Source of the DNA: Mayamaea pseudoterrestris
Lineage: Eukaryota
Assembly (NCBI GenBank): GCA_027923505.1
Contig: BROI01000036.1
Location: forward strand, 124,001-188,000
DNA length: 64,000 nt
Reading direction: 5' to 3'
In this document: positions 59,357 to 64,000 of the stretch, in pieces
Layout: each line of letters starts with the position of its first letter
How positions within the stretch are numbered: the stretch's first letter is position 1
Notes under the pieces: generated by a model
Told to the model about the DNA's origin: nothing
The model's database searches: none
What the model saw: the letters and a program-made list of their open reading frames with translations, nothing else
Program-made: the position numbers and the translations under genes

Positions 59357-59947
59357 ATGGTGAAGCACAATAACCAAATCCCGAACATTCACTGCAAGAA
59401 AAAGTACACGCAATCTTCCCGCGGTCCTTTGAAGGTGAAGCTTGCCTTGAACCAAGCGACGCGCAAAAAGAGTCGCCGCACCAAGCGCCAAGCATCTCCC
59501 AAACTCCCCCGCCTCCATCCAATTGTCCACTGTCCTACTCAAAAGTACAGCGCCAAGATCCGTCTCGGCAAGGGTTTCACTCTCGAGGAACTAAAGGCTG
59601 CCAAGCTGCATCCGTCGTACGCGCAAACGATTGGCGTTTGCATCGACTGGCGCCGACGCAACAAGAGTGAAGAGTCACTCGCGCTCAACGTGGCGCGTCT
59701 TGAGGAATACAAGAGTAAACTCATTGTCGTCAACAAGAAGAAGGGAGTCACGATTCCGAGTGATGCAGTCACGAGTAGTCGAACCACCATTCAACCCATT
59801 CAGAAGAAGCAGCATGAAATTGTCATGGAGACTGTCACGGACGAAATGAAGGCCTTCAATGCTGTTACCACCATTCGCGTTGCGGCGGCCGAGACCAAGG
59901 TTGCTGGACAACGCATTGCGCTTGAGATTAGAAAGAAGAAGGAGTAA
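59357..59947 (+). CDS. RPL13: 60S ribosomal protein L13 (eL13)
   Basis: MVKHNNQIPN.H, VHCPTQKY...RLGKGFTLEELK, IGVCIDWRRRNKSEESL..NVARLEEYKSKL. Confidence 0.95.
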   Translation: MVKHNNQIPNIHCKKKYTQSSRGPLKVKLALNQATRKKSRRTKRQASPKLPRLHPIVHCPTQKYSAKIRLGKGFTLEELKAAKLHPSYAQTIGVCIDWRRRNKSEESLALNVARLEEYKSKLIVVNKKKGVTIPSDAVTSSRTTIQPIQKKQHEIVMETVTDEMKAFNAVTTIRVAAAETKVAGQRIALEIRKKKE

Positions 59948-60053
59948 ACTAAATCATATGATAGTTTTACCAGAAAGTCATGAATGGGACTACGGTGTAG
60001 TGAACAATAGCTAAATGAGTTTGACGCAGTTGCACTATTGGTACTTTGTTACA

Positions 60054-63007
60054 CTATATGCTAGCGCTGGCGTCGTCGTTTGCCTTCATGTTTTCAAGCA
60101 GAGCCTTGGCGCGGTTCATGAGTTCATCGCGTTCAGGATTGCCAGTCGAGTAACTGATATCCTTATGCCCATTGCTGTTCTCTCTCATTCCAGCAAACGA
60201 TTCTTTTGAATGACTATTCAGGGATGGCTTTTGGTATGGTCGAGACGCTGCATAATCAGTGTCGCTCCTGCGCGGCGGTGACGCGGGAACTAAATGCTGC
60301 GGCGCGAGAAGGACCCTCGAAGAGCTCTTGATCACTGGCGCGTCTCCTTTGTCGATGTTGCTGCTGCTCGTTGGAGCGAGCCATCGCGGGGATTGTCTTT
60401 GGTGCTTTACGCCAAAGGCGCCATAGTGGTTGGCTATCCGATCACTAGGAGGCGTGACAATGGGAACATTTGGTCGCCTTGGTGGCGTCCGAATGATCGC
60501 AGGCTTTGGATCCCAAGAAAGTGGAGTTACAGATTGCGGCTGCCGCTGACGTGATGGCTCGTCGAAAGGACGACTGTTAATGGAGATTGATGCGGGTTCG
60601 TTCGAGCGCCTCTTCGTTCCGGGAGAATGCTTGGGTGATCGAGCCGACGGCATGTTTGTCGCTATATGGGCAGTGTGCATACTGCTTGCTCGGTTGTCAT
60701 GGCGGGGACTGCCGTTCAATCGACCGAACGGATCTTGCTTCGACCTGGTAGGTGAAGATTTGCGCACCCCTGGTCGTGGTAAAGCTCGCGCCATGTCCAG
60801 TAGGGCCTTTACCTGCAGTACCATTGGATCGTCTGGTCCAAGCACTCTTTGCCGTAACTGCAGAGGAGGTGAATGGAGAAATATGAGTAAAGGGAAAATG
60901 GCGCACACAAATTCACTTGGTATATCATGCGACTCACTTCCAACGCTTCCGAAAAGGCATTCTCCGCATCCACTGCTCGTCGACTATCCGGTCCTCGTCG
61001 ACGAATCCACTCCAAGCACAGTCCGCCAATGTTGAACAGCGTATCCGCCAACTCGAGCTGCTGGATCCACTCATTTTCCTTCGACAAGTGTGTACTGCTC
61101 GCGAATGAAGCAGTCGTTGCGCTGCTACCAATAACATCACCAATGCTGCGCTGAATCTCCAGCGCCCCCTGCAGGTAATCAAGTCCCTTTTCAAACTGCC
61201 CCAAATGCAAATGGCACACACCCAAGTTATTGTATAGGTTCGCTACAAGCGCATGTTTCGTCGTTCCAAAGGCTGCAATGCGAATGCGCAAGGCTTCCTG
61301 AAAGGTAACAATTGCATTTTGATACTGCCTCGACTGCAGCAGCAGGAAACCAATGCGAACCAACGAAACGGCAACGTTTGGGTGGTTTCGTCCAAGTCCA
61401 TCGCGGGCCGTTCGCGCCGCAGCTTGAAACTCCTGCAGCGCCAATAGTCGCAAGTGTTTTTGCTGAGCACTCTCTGGTTCCACCACTTGGGCGCGCTTGG
61501 CATGGAGCGTACCCAAATTGTGATGACACGAAGCAATCGCTGGATGCTTTGGATTGTCTGCGTGTAAATCCTGCAGTAGCACCAATACGCGCGAAAAACA
61601 GTCGAGCGCCATGTCAAACTCATTGCTTTGAACGTGTTGCATGGCAAGTGTATTGAGCAAAGCTATATTGCTCGTGACGACGACCGAACTCGGTGATGGT
61701 GGGGCCGAAGCATCCTGCATTGATAGTTGTTGAGTGGAAACATGGTTGCTCCTTGATGTATTGTCATGTTTCATTTCATGTGGCCGTAGCCCCGACCCGG
61801 AACTCGCATCGGGTCGCAAATACAACAAGTCGTCGTCACTCTCCGTGGACGATGCGGTGAGCGTTGGTTGCAGCAACTTTGCCTTGTTGCTTTCAAAATG
61901 CTGGTGATGTTTAGTATGTTCTCCACTTTCGCTTCCACGGACACCGTGAACAACCCTTCCAGACTCTGGATCGAGTTGAATTGGCTGTATGCGAGACTCG
62001 TCGTCATTCTCGTCGTCATCATGAAACGCTGTGCTTCGACTAGAAGTCGTTGGACTAGATAGTTGCGTGACGCGCCGCGGTTCCGGCGGAAGCAAGTCTA
62101 GGTCGTCGGCATCCTCATCGTCGTAGGAAAACGACTTGAGTAGTCCCTTTGGTGTGACAATGTTTGTGACTCGTGTTTGTCGGACTTGCGAGGGTGGAAG
62201 GGGCGATTTCTGGACTAGTTTGAGCGGCGGTTGTGGTGGCTTGGTAAAGTCTCGCATTTGAGGCAAAGTACTTGCATTCGTCAAGTGTAAGGGAAGCGGA
62301 GTAAGTGGTTCATGTTCATCTTGCTCTTGCTCCTGTTGTTCGCTTTCATCTGTAGAAGAAAGTGTTGCAATCGCTTCATCTCCTCGTCGTCCAACAGGTT
62401 CAAGCTCTCCCTCGTACACGCCTTGTTGGAGTCGCTTGCGTCGCTCATATTGCAATTTCGACGACCGATCCTGAGGAGCAGGAAGTTTCAGGAGCGATTC
62501 TAGTGGCTTGGCTTGTGGCTGATTGCTTGCTGAGAACTGAGATGGAGCTTGGTGTGATGACAGCGAGGAAGAAGATGATTGTGCATCTCCAGCAGTTGAA
62601 GTCGTTTCTTCTCTAACATTCCGACTTGCCAATGATGCGGCGCTGCTATTGGAGGTACTGAAACTGGGCATTCTCTCGTACATGTATGGCTTCTTTACCG
62701 GTTGCTCTGAAGATTGAGATGATTGCGATTGCTGAGGCAAGAGCTGCACTGGAACCGCCTTGAGGCCCGGCGGTGGACGCTGCATGGGTGCAAGTTGATT
62801 GTTTTTGCTATTTCGTGGACGATGATTTGGAATCCGAATGGCAATACAATTGCGATGTGATCCTGCTATACCGGTTGCTGCTTCACTAGGTAAGTATTGC
62901 TCGCGTGGTTGTCGCTGAGGTTGCTGCGATTTTCTCGATGCTTCAGTCGATTGATCGTCGCGAGAATGATGCTGCATGGTTTGACTTGGACTGGAGTGAC
63001 GTAGCAT
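60054..63007 (-). CDS. Kinesin-light-chain-type TPR protein with disordered arms; exons 63007-60938, 60857-60054
   Basis: HPAIASCHHNLG, HPNVAVSLVRIG, VANLYNNLG, LADTLFNIG, EALE|LRQRVLGPDDP. Start uncertain. Confidence 0.82.
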
Positions 63008-63463
63008 GGTAGGTCTGTGCGCAGTGTACGTGCAGAGAAAGATGGCGGAGTCGTCGATTGTAGCAGAGAGAGGCTTGACTATGGACGCTTCATGGCCGAT
63101 GGAAACCGCGGAAAGAATTGGCGCGGCAGCGCGCCACGACGCACGAGTACACTTCAAGCTATAGTCAAACGAGTTGGCGAGTCGCTCGCCGACCGGCGCG
63201 CCATGCATCGCCGTTACTTTCGTCGTCGTAGCGGTATTTAAATGACTACTCACATGCTTTCGCACGACTAAAAACTCACAATTGATAAAGATACATTACA
63301 TATCGATCAATACAGCAAAAGTGAATATGAATAAAATGTCTGAATCTGAGTAAGACAACGAGAGCCACCGAATGCAGGCTGTTGCACAAACAAGTCGTTG
63401 TCAAAGGAACTCACACTCACAAAAAAGGCCTTGTCGATCAACCATTACAGTGTCAGTAAAAAC

Positions 63464-64000
63464 TCAAGCGCTATCATTCTTGGGACCATTGCTGGCATCT
63501 CGCTCTCGTTGCTGCTGCTGCGCCAAGAGGGCTCGCAGCAAGGGAGTTTGAAGGTCGTTTGATGCTGCTGCTGCTGCGGACGATGGATTAATCCCCAACA
63601 ATGTGCTTGCTCCTCCTCCAAGTCGGCCTTGCTGACTTTCGCTCAACAAGAGTCGTTGTGCCGGCGTGAGTTGGTCGAGGAGTGACGAGGAGCCTGCCAT
63701 ATATGACGATGATGGATGGGCTGGCTGGCCCAGTGAAAACAGGAGACGTTGCTGCTCCATGACATCGCGCTGCGCAAGCATGGACGCCAAGGACGATGAC
63801 GTCGCTGATGAATCTTGCGCTGTTGGGAAGAGAGACCGCATATCTGACAAGCCGGTGGCGGCTGAGTGCTGGTTAGACAAGGAGAGTGACTGCAGCAAGG
63901 CTTGGTGCTGCAAATGGCTATTGCTTGCTGCGGCCAATTGCTGCTGCAGTGACAAAGGCGATGGATCCACGCCCAAGGACCCTCCAGCTGCAGTTGGTGA
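63464..64000 (-). CDS. 3' part of a Q/S/A-rich protein (start beyond window), possibly a transcription factor
   Basis: Open frame to the window edge with low-complexity activation-domain-like composition. Confidence 0.55.
   Translation of the reverse strand, partial: SPTAAGGSLGVDPSPLSLQQQLAAASNSHLQHQALLQSLSLSNQHSAATGLSDMRSLFPTAQDSSATSSSLASMLAQRDVMEQQRLLFSLGQPAHPSSSYMAGSSSLLDQLTPAQRLLLSESQQGRLGGGASTLLGINPSSAAAAASNDLQTPLLRALLAQQQQRERDASNGPKNDSA

Overview
Gene-dense eukaryotic nuclear DNA with short GT-AG introns (63-287 nt) and bipartite plastid-targeting presequences. This points to a diatom, probably pennate; the species cannot be determined. About 30 protein-coding genes are supported. Carbon metabolism: plastid class II aldolase FBAC1, mitochondrial enolase, plastid phosphoglycolate phosphatase, CbbY-like HAD phosphatase, and a PsbQ-like lumen protein. 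Housekeeping: CCT2, RPL13, NF-YC, Nup50, and OSCA, Tubby, bromodomain and TPR proteins. Also present are two F-box proteins and fucosyltransferase-like and sulfotransferase-like genes. The most notable observations are: (1) a 1588-aa intronless protein with 16 tandem ubiquitin-like domains in a strict A/B super-repeat, none ending in GG; (2) the same 9-mer ACGTCAGTC (CCRE-type core) about 100 bp upstream of three plastid carbon-fixation/repair genes; (3) a strand-specific structured RNA candidate in the long CCT2 intron; (4) an accessory patch at 42.6-45 kb with an acetyl-CoA synthetase gene fragment, a minimal bacterial-type HNH nuclease and a frameshifted gene; (5) a ~3000-aa disordered protein with sticker-like and 11-mer repeats; (6) a CpG-depleted relic upstream of CCT2. 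All calls are by eye, without database searches.
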